From assembly GCF_009914755.1 (NCBI RefSeq), contig NC_060926.1: a DNA stretch of 64,000 bases; one strand, given 5' to 3'. Both the position numbers and the translations under genes were made by a program. Under the pieces are notes generated by a model that was not told the DNA's origin, did not search any database, and saw nothing but the letters and a program-made list of their open reading frames with translations. Of the stretch, positions 28,001-45,109 are shown piece by piece. How positions within the stretch are numbered: the first letter of the stretch is position 1; every line of letters begins with the position of its first letter. Source of the stretch: the human T2T-CHM13v2.0 reference genome, Homo sapiens.

Positions 28001-28307
28001 GGGCCTTTAAAGAGTTAAAATAATGCTGTTAGGTTGGGCTCTAATACAACCTGACTGGTGTCCTTTTAGGAAGAGGAAATTTGGACACACAGAGATATCA
28101 GGGATGTGCCTGACAGATGATAGGCTATGTGAGAACACAGCAAGAGGCTGACAGCAAACCAAGGGGAGAGGTCTCAGAAGAAACCAAACCTACTGACACC
28201 TTGACCTTGGACTTCTAAACCTCCAGAAGTCTGAGAAAGTAAATTTATGTTGTTTAAGCCACCGAGTCTGTGGTATTCTGTTATGGCAGCCTGGGCAAAC
28301 TAATACA
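28001..28307 (+). mobile_element. MLT1B-like LTR, 3' portion
   Basis: gggcctttaaagag…ctgactggtgtcctt…gaggaaatttggacacacagag…gcagcctgggcaaactaataca. Confidence 0.85.
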
Positions 28308-28399
28308 CCCTCTGAATCCTTCTACCACCCGGCCCTGCTCCTAGGCAGAGGTGATACCTTTTCCTTGGTGCACTCACCATGTCCCCTTTATTTAACAGT

Positions 28400-28545
28400 T
28401 CTCCCATTTGTCATCCCCTCTTTGCAATAAGCTCTTTGAGGGCCAGGCCTGGCTCATTTCTGCATTCTCAGCATCTATCACAGCGCTGAGTACATGCCAT
28501 ACTTGGGAAAACATATTTGAATGAATGAGGGAATGAATGAATGAG
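28400..28545 (+). mobile_element. L2 3' end
   Basis: taagctctttgagggccagg…atatttgaatgaatgagggaatgaatgaatg. Confidence 0.7.
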
Positions 28546-29654
28546 CAACAGACTGCTTTAAGCTCTTGCCTGGTATCCTGGGCTCCTACAAGGAGCCCAA
28601 CAGCTGCTTGTGGGTAGATGGACTCATGTATGTGGCAGACCTTCAGGGAAGGGCTCAGGGACTCCAGACATGGAGAGAGGTCAGGGAGATGGGCAGGACG
28701 CAGGGATGATGGTCCAGACCCCCACCCACTGCACCCCCTCCTGCTGACTCACATACCTTGGAGCAGTCCTGTGCTTCACAGCCTGCCAGCCTAGGCCCCG
28801 GCTCCCAGCCCTGCTTTCCGCCTCCACCAGCCACTTAATCAGGTGCAGAAGTTGTAAATTCCCTGAGGCCCCGTTGTGTGGTCCTCTCCTCAAAGGCTGT
28901 CTCCCCACCCCAGTTTCTGGAAGTCCCTTTGGAGGGTCTGACAGACGGTCTTCCTTTCCCACCCCTCCAGCTGGACAGGCTCAGGGAACAGAAGGAGTTT
29001 TCTGAGAACAGACCGGGGAGGAGGAGCCAGGAACATTGACAAATGCACAAATTGGGGCTTCCTGTGCTCTGTGCTTGCTGTCCAAGCGGGGATCTGAGCT
29101 GCCCCCGAAGTGGTCCATGGGCAACAGTGAAAGAAAAGAGATTGCTCATGGTGTAGTGTTTGCCTGGCCCACCTGGGATTCAGCCCTGATGCTGGACAGC
29201 CTCTTTGAATAGGAAACCCTCTGGAGGAAACAGTTCTAAATGAGAAAGAAGCCAGGCAAACAAGCCTGGCCTAGGATCAAAGCTATGGGCCTTAGAGGGT
29301 GGGCTCAGCTTGAAGACAGGCTGCATCTATCTACTGGGTCAATGTCATGAGCAGGGCTGCAGGAACCAGGCCAGGCTTAGCATGACACAGGGAGAGGGCA
29401 GCATCCCCTACTTTCAGAATCTGGCCCGTGGGCACTCTGGGGGCTCCTGCAGTGCTGAGAGGTGTCAAAAAATCTGCAATGGCAGGATATGTTGGCTGGC
29501 AGAGTCGGATGTGCTCCAGGGAAGGCGGGAGGTTGCCTGGGAGCCAGGACTGACTTCTCTAGCAGGCGCAGTGTCTGGAGCCCATGACACTTGGGCCCAC
29601 AATAATGCCTTACTTTCTTTTAAAATCGGGAAGGAAAACAACATGAACTTTTAA

Positions 29655-29925
29655 GACACAGAATGTCTCATATCATTCTACGTATACGAAATATCCAAAT
29701 TAGGCAAATACAAAGAGACAAAGTAGCTTAGTGTCTGCCAGGTGCTGGGAGAAGACAGGTGTGAGGAGTGACTCCTAAGAGGCTCAGGGTGTCTTTCTGG
29801 AGGGATGAAAATGTCTGGAATTAGTGGTGAAGGTTGCACACCTTGTGAATACACTAACACCCCAGAATTGTATGCTTCAAAAGGGTCAATTTTGTGTGGT
29901 GTGGCTTTTCTCAATAAAGCTGTTG
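29655..29925 (+). mobile_element. L1M 3' end fragment
   Basis: gaaatatccaaattaggcaaatacaaagagacaaagtag…ggttgcacaccttgtgaatacactaa…tctcaataaagctgtt. Confidence 0.8.
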
Positions 29926-31481
29926 CTTTACTTTTGAAAGGCAAGAGATTTGTGGACAGAGGAAAATAGAAGAAAATAAAGAGCAACTGTACAATATGTA
30001 GTCTTTAACCCAATGAACAAGAAGTGTATTTAAACGAACACAAAGATGAGATGGTTAGACAAAATTAAAATTGGGAAAAAGTTCATCTGGTGTACAAACT
30101 GTTGGTGGCTTTCTGGAATGCTGAGCTAAAGATAATTTAAGGCTGCATAAGTCTTTTTTAGACTCAAAAAGAACAAGCTGTGTGATCAATTAGTGATGCC
30201 TGCCCTGGGCACAGGAGAGGGAGGAGGAGGAGGTACAGGTGGCAACTATTTGCCATCCTTGACTGGATGATCTCTGTGGTCCCTCCCCAACATCAAGCTC
30301 CCTCATCTGAGTCACTCTGACATGGAGTGGGTGGGGAGATGTGGGCCACAGGGAGCGGGGTTAGAAGAGGAGGGAGGATGGAATAAGGCAGAGGCCTTTT
30401 TCCATCCAACAGATGAGACAGAGAACTCTCCTTGGAGAAGAGGCAGTGGAGCCAGCGATTTAGAACAACCCCTCCTGGCGCAGACACTTATTAAAATACG
30501 TGCATCGATAGCACACTTCTTTTTCCAGTGGGGCTTAGCAATTAAGATCCTCTGTCACTTCTCGGTGAGTAAAGAGACTCGCTCTGGGCAGCAAAGAAAA
30601 ATACATTTGTCATTGGAATGACAGCCACAACTGCCAAAGCCATTTTTATTAGTGGCAGTGGAGCTGGCCTTACCCCTTCTGGGAAAAATAATGAATATTA
30701 GAGGTTCTGTTTACAAATATGCACCTTTCACTGGTTTCTCTCATGGCTCAGCAATTTTTCAACGGGACAGCTTTCCTGGAAACAGTGTACACGGCCAAAA
30801 GATGATAAAATGTATCCAGAGAGATGCCTGGGGCTCTGTTTAACTGGGTAATTGGGCATAGACTTGGAAAGGTCAACCTCCCGCAGCCAAGTTGCCCCAG
30901 GTGTTGTTCTAGAAGGAGCCTCTCTGGTTAAGTAATCAGGTCTAAAGGTGTTCCTCCCTCCTTTCACCTGCTTCCCAAAGGGGCACCCTTTTACAAACCC
31001 CCTACCAACCTTTATTCAAGCAAATCTTGAGCTCACTTATCTGCACAAACCTTTCCAGAAAGAGCCCAATCTGTGAGAATCATTTCCCCCATCCCTTTGC
31101 TGTTTGAAGCTCAATCTGCTTTCTCTCCCGGGCTCACTAACATACTTAAACCCTGGAACTGCTAATGAGATCAGAAAGTGATCAGCTGTCAGTTCCCAAG
31201 TGAAATTGATCAGCAATTGTCTCAGGCTAAGGAAAGAAAATGCTTCCCATGACAGCCTGCAGATTTCTCTGATCCTATTTGTGCTCCTCTTTATCATCTA
31301 TGAAATTTATTTTAGGGGCTATTGCCTCTACAAGATTATCTGCAGAGCCTCATGGCAGGTGCTGTCCACATGTCCACTTTAGAAAGCCCAGAGCAACTAT
31401 TATCAAAAACCAAGCTCAGGGATGAAGGCACAACAGTCAGAGTTTGTTGCAGCTGTGATTTGTTTAAGAACTAAATACTCC

Positions 31482-31691
31482 TGGCCAGGTGCTATGGCTC
31501 ACACCTGTAATTCCAGCCCTTTGGGAGGCTGAGGTGGGCGGATCACCTGAGGTCAGGAGTTTGAGACTAGCCTGGCCAACCAACATGGTGAAACCTCATC
31601 TCTACTAAAAATAAAAAATTAGCTGGGCATGGTGGCATGTGCCTGTAGTCCCTGCTTCTCAGGAGACTGAGGCAGGAGAATCACTTGAACC
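31482..31691 (+). mobile_element. Alu, 3'-truncated
   Basis: Left arm plus half of the right arm, stopping at gaatcacttgaacc. Confidence 0.93.
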
Positions 31692-32548
<857 letters not shown>

Positions 32549-34336
32549 TCCTCTCATTTTGAGAATGAATAAGCTGAGGGCAGAGAGGAGCTGTGACCTG
32601 TTTAGCATCATTGTCTGTCAGTCTCTGGACAGCAAATCTCTGTAACTCCCAATCTGATGCATGTTCCCATCAGAACAGGCGTCCTTTCTCAACATTGAGA
32701 AAGGAGCAAAGGCAGAGCAGGAAGTGAGGCTGCAATGAAGCCAGGCTTCCCCCACCAGCTATTATGATAGAACTCAATGGCTCACCATGAGTGGAGGATG
32801 GCAGCAGTGGGCCTCGGGGGAGGGGGTTCCCACCCAGTGGGCAGTCTGGCTGGGGTTTGCCCAGGCCCTTGCAGGCCTCACTTTACTTTCTAAACTTTTC
32901 TTTGATGGCAGAGAGCTTCAACAATGACATAAATTGGCTTCACCTACACATGATTGAGAACCTATTCAAAACTAGTCATAGTTTTACACGTTGGAGCCAA
33001 GATAGGAGGTAAATAAAATGGGGCTGAAATTCAACATACAAATGTATAGTCTCAATATGATTCTGTCAAGTGTTGACAACAGAAGGTAGAAGTAGGGCAC
33101 AAAGGGAGCACAGACAAGGGGCTCCAACCCATTCTGGAAAAGTGGAGCAGGAGCTGAAGGTTGAAGGCCTTAAAGTGATGGTGGGAAGCTTGCCAGGCTT
33201 GCTCTGCAGACAGAGGTGGGTGAAGTATACAAGCAACTTCCCTGGGAAGGGAGGGAATGGCTTTGAAAATCAAGTAGCAAGTCCAACAGCCCAAGGCTGC
33301 AGTGCCTTGGTGGGTCTCAACAGAGCTTTGCACAGCTGAAAAAGCATTCCTAGCAATGGGCCTATCAGCTTTATATGTGCCGGACCTATAAGCAACCCAA
33401 CACATAGAATGCAAGCTGAGGACTTTTGGACAAGTGCTAAGAGGTGGAGTGAGAAAGGCGAGCATGGACTAGCTGAGAAAATAACCCTCACAGCCACGAA
33501 TCAAGCTCTGTGCTTGAATGTGTACCTTATGGAAAGTATGAGGTATCAGGCTGGCTTTGTTGGTAACTCCTCCCCGACATGCAGCATGACTATTTTTCAG
33601 TTATGAAGGAAATATTATATCCCAAACAGCCCTACAAATAAAGCCTACTTTGATTCATCTTTTCCATCTTGGTTTGCATAATGCACCATTTTTTTTTTTT
33701 AAACATCAGTGTGGTTTCTGCCCAGGTGGGCCTCAGCAAATTGTGAAATAGCTGAGGTTTCTTCCTCAGACCATGTAAGACTATTATAACTCCACCTCCT
33801 CCTGATATACTGTGGAGAGTGATGTATACAGGTGTAATGTGCCCTAGGTGCTGTTACTGTAAAGTTGAATACATTTTTTATTTTAAACCTTGGTTTTAAA
33901 CTCTTTACTCTTGCAAGTTGTGTTTCCAGTGCTTTGTGCTGGTAGAGATATCTGCTGAGTTCGCTTTGAGGGTCTTTTATATGAAAATCTAAGATCGGTT
34001 GACTAGTGACCTTGGCATGCAAACATGAATGTTTGCAGCAAATTTCAGCTGATATTCAAAGTTATTTCTAGTGTAAGAATTCTGGCAGGCTCTAGAATTT
34101 ATACCTAGGAACATGTAGGAATGGTAATTTTTGAGTTATAAGAGGGTGAGAGAGTAGGAACCTGTCTAAAGCTTTTAAAATAAATTGGTTAGATTATATA
34201 TTACCAATTGATAAAGAAATATTTCTTAAGACATTTAGTCACATTTTAAGTAGGTGAGGAGATGGTAATTGTTCATATCACAGAATGTTATTTTTAAAAA
34301 TTGGGATTGCTAGGTGGGTGCCCCAGGTCTCTAAAC

Positions 34337-35124
34337 TAGTGGTCCCTAACCTTTTTGGCACCAGGGACCAGTTTCATGGAAGAAAATTTTTCCATGGACC
34401 CAGGGAGGGGGGATGGTTTCAGGATGATTCAAGTGCATTACATTTATTGTGCTTTCTTTTCTTTTCTTTTTTTTTTTTCTTTTCTTTCTTTTTTTTTGAG
34501 ACAGGTTCTCTCTCTGTCACCCAGGCTGGAGTGCAGCCAATCTCGAGATTGCACCAACCTCCACTCACTGCAACCTCTGCTTCCCAGGTTCAAGCAATTC
34601 TTCCACTTCAGACTCCCACATAGCTGGGACCACAGGCATGCACCACTATGCCCAGTGAATTTTTGTATTTTTAGTAGAGACGGGGTTTCACCCCATTGGC
34701 CAGGCTGGTCTCAAACTCCTGACCTCAAGTGATCTGCCTGCCGTGGCCTCCCAAAGTGCTGGGATTGCAGGCGTGAGCCACTGCGCCCGGCCTGTGTAAA
34801 TGAAATAATTATACAACTCACCATCAGGTAGAATCAGTGGGAGCCCTAAGCTTGTTTTCCTGCAACTAGATGGTCCTGTCTAGGGGTAATGGGAGACAAT
34901 GACAGATCAGCAGGCCTTAGATTCTCATGAGGAAAGCACAACCTAGATCCCTCGCATGTGCAGCTTTGCGCTCTATGAGAATCTAATGCCACCTGTGATC
35001 TGACAGGAGGCAGGGCTCAGGCAGTAATGCTTGCTCACTGGCCACTCACCTCTTCCTGTGTGGCCCGGTTCCTAACAGGTCATGAACCGGTACCGGTCTG
35101 TGGCCTGGGGTTTGAAAACCCCTG
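34337..35124 (+). mobile_element. MER1A-like hAT-Charlie element interrupted by an Alu
   Basis: tagtggtccctaacctttttggcaccagggaccag…gtttgaaaacccctg; 8-bp TSD CTCTAAAC (34329-34336, 35125-35132). Confidence 0.92.
34453..34792 (-). mobile_element. Alu inside MER1A
   Basis: T-rich tail and both arms, with a short anomalous insert near 34538-34562. Confidence 0.93.
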
Positions 35125-35519
35125 CTCTAAACCATCCATAGCACCACAGTTGTGGAAGAAGAAACATTCTTTCTCCTTTAGAGAATGAATATGACTTTCT
35201 TCTGGCTTGGAAGTAAGGCCTACTCTCTAGCCTGTTAGAATACAGACATATAGTATGAACCCTGTCTTCCTCTTTTTTCTTCCACAGATTGTGGAAGGGT
35301 TCTAGAGAGGGCACAGGCATCTTCATTTCTCTTATTGGTGCTAGGTCCTGGGCAGCATCTGGCAAAGCCTGGAGGGAGGGCTGAGAGAAGCCTGAGGGAT
35401 ATGGTAGGTCAGGAAGGAGAATTTCCAGGGCTGCATTTTTGGGGCACTCCTGGAGTGAGGGTGAGAAATGAGGGAGTTTTGGAATTTGATGTCTCACCTT
35501 CCCTTCTTCCTTCTCTCTC

Positions 35520-36015
35520 TCCATCCATTCCTTCCCTCAACAACTTTTTAAATGAGCACCTACTACATGTCAGAGAGTCTATGCTATTGGTGTGTGAGAG
35601 AGGCATGAGCCAGGGTTCCCGTGCTCCCAGAGCCTGTGGTGGATCCAGTGGAGGATGTGACATGTGTTCTCGGGGAGAGTATGCAGAGGATGAGTCTCAC
35701 CCATTGATTTCAGGCAGTGTGGGTGGTTTATGAGTGATGTCTTCACAAGAGCCCTTGCAGTGGCTCACACTGCTCTGCTTTCCTGCAATTTAGTTGGCTC
35801 CACAAATACCTGTTCGCATTGCCAAATTCAGCTGGAACATCACTTCCTGACACTGGACATAGATTGCAGCACTCCTAATGCCCTGTTTGTCTCTGCCTCC
35901 TGCTTCCAGGTGGAGAGGTCCTTGAAGCCTGAGACCATGGTTTACTCAGCTGGTATCCACTGCTCAGGACAAAGAAGATGCTCAGCGATGGTGCTTGAGT
36001 GAATGAATGAATGAA
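35520..36015. mobile_element. Two L2 terminal fragments in opposite orientation
   Basis: ccattccttccctcaacaac…gagcacctactacatgtcag (minus) and gtgcttgagtgaatgaatgaatgaa (plus). Confidence 0.55.
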
Positions 36016-36164
36016 CCTCAGGACTTGTATTTTGTTCTCAAGCACTGCTTGTTGAGGTCATTTTCTTCCCTGCCTGCAGGCTCCTGAGTTACCACACAGC
36101 CACCTAATTTAGTCAGGGGCACTATGGAGAGGGCCTGGAAACCTGGTTACACAAGTGTTTGGCC

Positions 36165-36657
36165 TATTAGTTCTCTATGGCTGCTGTACCAAGTTATCAC
36201 AAACTTAGTGGCTTAAAGCAACACAAATGTATTATCTTACAATGCTGGAGGTCAGATGGAGGACACAGGGTTTGAGCTAGCAGGGATGCATTCTTTCTTC
36301 AGGCTCTAGGAGAGAACCTATTTCCATGCCTTTTCTAGTTTCTTAGGGCCATCCACATTCCTTGCTCCCAGCCATTTCTTCCTGTTGCTTCTACCAGCAA
36401 CAGCGGCTTGAGTCCTTCTTATACCATCATCTCTCCAGGTTTCTCTCTTCTGCATCCCTCTTCCACTGAAAAAGACCCTGTGATTCCACTGGGACTACTC
36501 CAAATCCAGGATAATCTCCTATGTCAAGGTCATCTAATTAGCAAACTCAACTCCATCTACAACTTTAATTCTTCTTTGCCATGTAAACTGACATGTTCAC
36601 AGATTCTGGGGAGTAGGTCATGGACATCTTTAGAGGAGTCCATTATTCTGCTTACCA
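36165..36657 (-). mobile_element. MaLR LTR (MLT1D-like)
   Basis: tattagttctctatggctgctgt…cacaaacttagtggcttaaagcaacacaaat…cattattctgcttacca. Confidence 0.85.
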
Positions 36658-36944
36658 CTGCCTGTGATACACTTCACATCCCAGATAGGGAATCTCTTGG
36701 TTACCTTCCCATAATTCTCTTCCATTCCTGTGAATAACTGAGAGTTAACTGCTGTAAGACTTGCCATTGAAGCCAAAGACCAGTGTTAGATCCAGAAAGA
36801 ACCAGGTGGGTGCTGTGGGTGAATACCTTCCTCTACAAATGGGGGTGAAAGTAAATGAGTCATGTAAGGTGCTGGCTTCTCTTTGGTTCTGAATCATGAC
36901 CACAAAGATGTACTTGACCACAGATGAACCAATCTTGGGTAGAG

Positions 36945-37125
36945 ATGACTGTTAATAACCTTGTGCCAGGAGCTCTTTTGCATATATCATCTCAATTACC
37001 ACTATCACTGCAGGGTAGGTATTATTGTCCCCGTGGTTCAGGTAAGGAAACTGAAGTTGAGCCAAATTAAGGTCATGCAATAAGTGGCAGAGCTGAGTTT
37101 AGAGCTGGGGCTTAACTGATTTCAC
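36945..37125 (-). mobile_element. MIR
   Basis: gtaggtattattgtcccc…aaggaaactgaag…aaggtcatgcaataagtggcagagctgag. Confidence 0.75.
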
Positions 37126-37162
37126 TCAATTTATGGTCAGCTCCAGGAATCCATTTCTCTTA

Positions 37163-37523
<361 letters not shown>

Positions 37524-38369
37524 TCAATTGCAACTGAATCTCTGGGGGTGGGGCTTGGTTGTCTGCATTTTTTTATTAGTTTCCCTAATTGTAAACTGCG
37601 GTTGAGGTTAAGAGGCGCTGCCTTAGGAAGTGCTGTGTGTTCCCTTCAGAACCAGCTTTGTAAGAGCACTTTGTGCTCTTAACCTCAGAGTACCCAGAAC
37701 TGCCCCCATCGTGTTCTGTGACTAGGGAAGAAAAGTCCAGCAAGCTGGTTTCTCTCACTCTTTTGGGACTGCACTTCTTGGCAGACTTCTTGATGAAGTT
37801 ATATGGGAGCCTCTCCGACTGCCCTTCACCCCTTTCTTGACTTAGCCGCTATCGGTGGGTGCCTTTGCCTGGGTGTCTCGGTCTCCCTAAGTGAACAGGG
37901 AAGCAGAGAAACAGCTCCACAGAGTGCAGGAATATATATGTTGCACTTCAGAGGATAAAAGTACTTCATTTTCACTCTCTTCTTCCCCTTCCCCTCATTG
38001 ATTTTATGTTGGAATAAGTTCAGTACCAGCAGAAAATACTAATTTGCAAAGACAGTGATTTAAGTGTCTCTCCAGACTTCTTGTTGGTTTAGTAAATCCA
38101 CATAACACTTTAGAGTGGAAATAACTTGAATGCTTGCCCAGAATGGCAGACATGTGCTGTTGCCAGAAAGAGCAGTCAACTGGGGTAGAGGGAAACGGAG
38201 GTTTAGCCATGTTTTCGTGACAAGTTTGCTGTATGGCATCAAGAAGGTAATTAAAACCTCTATGCCTTACACAAAAAACAGACCCCAGGAGTGTGGTGGG
38301 GTACGTTAGGGGATTCCTCACCTTTCTAGGCCACGTGTGTTTTAACATATTAAGAGTTCTTATTCGTGA

Positions 38370-41363
<2,994 letters not shown>

Positions 41364-41398
41364 ATCTGTTCTTTCTATTAACAGTTTTTTTTTTTTCT

Positions 41399-44300
41399 GG
41401 AAGTGACGTTAGTAAGATGGTGAAATAGGAGGTCCCTGGCTCTAGTTCCCCTAACAGAAATGGCTGTTAGCAACTAAATATCAAAGGAAATATTAGCAGA
41501 ACTGAAAGGAAAAACAAGCAGCAATACAGTAATAGCAGAAGACTTTAATACTCATCAATAGATAAGTCATCCAGACAGAAAGTCAATAAGCAAACAGAAG
41601 ACTTGAACAACACTGTAGACCAAATAGACACACCAGACATATACATAACATGTCAGCAACAGCAGCAGAATAGACCATCTTCTCAAGCACATATGGAACA
41701 TTCTGCAGAATGTTAGGTTACTGAACAAGACTTAAAAATTCAAGAAGTATGTAAAGTATATTTTTCAACCATAATGGTATGAAAATATAAATTGACAACA
41801 GAAGGAAAGCTGGAAAATTCACAAATACATAGAAATTGAACAACACACTCCTGAACAAACAATGGGTCAAATAATCAAAGGGGAAATTTTTAAAAAATCT
41901 TGAGATAAAGTAAAATGAAAACAGAACATACCAAATATCATGAGATGCAGCTAAAGCAGTTCTAAGGGGACTGTTTATAGCAATAAATGTCTACATGAAG
42001 AAAAGATCTAAAATAAACAACCTAACTTGATATCTCAGGAACTAGAAAAAGAACAAACTAAGCCCAAAGTTGGCAGAAAGACAGAAATAATAAAGATCAG
42101 AACAGAAATAAGTGAAATAGGAACTAGAAAACAATTAAAAAAATGAAACCAAGAATTGGTGTTTTTTTACGATAAAGAAATTGACAAACGTTTAGCTAGA
42201 CTAACCATGAAAAAGGAGTCTCAAATCGTAAATGCAAAAGAAGGTAGTACAACTGATATCACAATAATACAAAGGGTCTATTAACAGTACCAACAAATTG
42301 GATAATCTAGAAAAATAGATAAATTCCTAGAAACAATCTACCAAGACTAAATCATGAAAAATAAAAAATATAGACACCAATAACAAGGATATTGAATCAG
42401 TAATAAATCTGTCAACAAAAAAAAGTCCAGGACCAGATGGCTTCATGGACAAATTCTATCAAACACTTAAGAATTAATGCCAACCCTTATTAAACTCTTC
42501 CAAAAAATTGAAGTGGAGGGCACACCTCTAAACTCATTCTATGAGACCAGTATTACCTTGATACAAAAGCCAAACAAGGACACAAGAAAATTACAGGCCA
42601 ACATCCTTAATAAAGGATGTAAAAATCTTCAAAATATTAGCAAATCAAATTCAACTGTATATTAAAGGGATAATACCATGCAAGTAGAATTTATTCCTGA
42701 GATGCAAGGATGTTGCAACACATATAAATCAATAAATGTGATATATCACATTAATAGAATGAATGATAAAATCATATGATCCTCTCAATAGATGCAGAAA
42801 AAGCATTCAACACCCTTTCATGACATAAATGCTCTGTAAATTGGGTATAGAAAGAATGTACTTCGACGTAACAAAGGCCATACGTGACAAGCTTCCAGCT
42901 AATATATTAAAAGGTGAAAAGCTGAAAAGTCTTCAAAGATCAGGAACCAAAAGGTTCTTCCTGTCATCATTTATATTCAACAAAGTAGTGCAAGCCCTAG
43001 TCAGAGCAATTAGGCAAGAAAAAGATAAAAAGAAATTCAAATCAGAAAGAAAGTAAAAGTGCCTGTTTGCTGATATAATCTTATAAATATATTAACCCTA
43101 AAAGAACTAATAAATCAGTAAATTTGTAGGTTACAAAATCAACATATAAAAAACCAGTAGCATTTTTATACACTAACAATGATCTGAGTAAGAAATTAAG
43201 AAAACAAACAATCCCACTTATAATAGCATAAAAACTAATAAAATACTTAGGATTAAATTTAACCAAGTCAGTGAAAGATCTGTACATTAGAAACTATATG
43301 ACATTGATGAAAGAAATAGGAAAAAAACCACAAATAAATGGAAAGATATCCTATGTTCATCAATTAGAAGAATTAATATTGTTAAAATGTCCATACTAGA
43401 CTATCTAAAGTGATTTATAGATTCAATACAATCTCTATAAAAACTCCAGTAACATCTTCCACAGAAACAAAAAAATCCTAAAATTTGTAAAGAACTACAA
43501 AAGACCTTAAATAGCCAAAGCTATTTAAGAACAACAAAGAGAAGAACAAAGCTAGAGGCATTACACTTCCTGATCTCAAGCTAAATTATAAAACAATAGT
43601 AATCAAAGCAGTATGGCAGTGGCATAAAAACAGACACAGAGGCTAATGGAACAGAACAGAGAGGCCAGAAATAAACTCAAACATATATAGTCTAACATTT
43701 GACGAGGGTGCTAATAATATGATAGGGAAAGGGCAGTCTCTTCAATAAGTGGTATTGGGAAAGCTGGATATCCACATGCAAAAGAATGAAGCTGGACCTC
43801 TATCTTATACCACTTACATAAATTAACTCAGAATGAATTACACATTAAATGTAATACTTAGTAAAACTCCTAGAAGAAAACAGGAAAAAAGCTCATTGAC
43901 ATTGGGCTTGGGCTTGGCAAAGATTTTTTGAATATAGCACTAAAAGCACAGGCAACAAAAATGAAAATAAACAAGTGCAACTACAGAAAACTAAAGTGTC
44001 TGGATAGCAACAAACCAATGAACAACACAAAAAACAAAAACCAACAAAATGAAAGGTAACTTATATAATAGAAAATAAATGCAAACCGTATATCTGGAAA
44101 GAGATTAACATACTAAATATGTAAGAAGCCCACACAACTCAATAGCAAGGAAACAAAAAAATCCAATTAAAAACTCAACAAAAGACCTAAATAAACATAT
44201 TTCCAAAGAAGACATACAAATGACTGGCAGGTATCTGGAAAGGTGCTCACCATCACTAACCATCAGGGAAATGCAAATCAAAACCACAAAGAGATATCAC

Positions 44301-45105
44301 CTCACACCGTCTAAGATGGCTGTTACCAAAAAGATAAGAGAGAAGTGTTGGTGAGGATGGGGAGAAAGGGAACCCCTTGTGCACTGTTGATGGGCATCCA
44401 AATTGATTCAGCCATTATGGAAAATGGTATGGAGGTTCCTCAAAAAATTAAAAATAGAACTACCATATAATCTAGCAATTCCGCTTTTGGGTATATATCC
44501 AAAGGAAACAAAATAAGACCTCTTGAAGAGATACCTGTACTCCTATGTTCATTAGTTACAGTAACCAAGACACAGAAACAATCTAAATAAAGAGATATGG
44601 TACATGTACAATGCAGTATTGTTCAGCCTTAAAGAGGGAAATTCTTCCATATGCGGCAACGTGCATGAGCTTGACAGCTTTATTCTAACTGAAATAAGTC
44701 AGACAAAGGCAGATACTGCATGATTACACTTATATGTGGAATCTAAAAAAGTTGAACTCATAGAAACAGACTGGTGGTTGTCAGGGAGTAGGGAGAGGGG
44801 AGAAAGAAATGGGGAGATGTCTGTCAAAAGATACAAACTTTCAGTTATATGATAAAATTCTGGGGATCTAAGGTGTAGCATGATGACTATGGTTAATACT
44901 ATATTATATACTTAAAATTTGCTGAGAGATCTTAAGTGTTTTCACTATTTATAAAAAATGGTAACTATGTGAAGTGATGGATATGTTAACTTGATTGTGG
45001 TGATCATTTCACAATGTTTACTTATATCAAAACATCATAATGTACTACTTAAAGATATACAATTTTATTTGTGAATTATACCTCAGTAAAGCTGGAAAGA
45101 AGAAA
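41399..45105 (+). mobile_element. L1MA/L1MB-type LINE: extreme 5' end joined to decayed ORF2 and 3'UTR
   Basis: Starts ggaagtgacgttagtaagatgg (old-L1 5' terminus). ORF2 remnants include [32 protein letters not shown]. Ends tatacctcagtaaagctggaaagaagaaaaa. Confidence 0.92.
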
Positions 45106-45109
45106 AACT

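Noticed and set aside
35072-35733. 150-aa and 132-aa overlapping ORFs
   Set aside because: Partly in MER1A and L2 sequence; no recognisable domain or exon structure.
41480-44700. Potentially active L1 ORF2
   Set aside because: Heavily frameshifted old L1M copy; remaining ORFs are under 80 aa.
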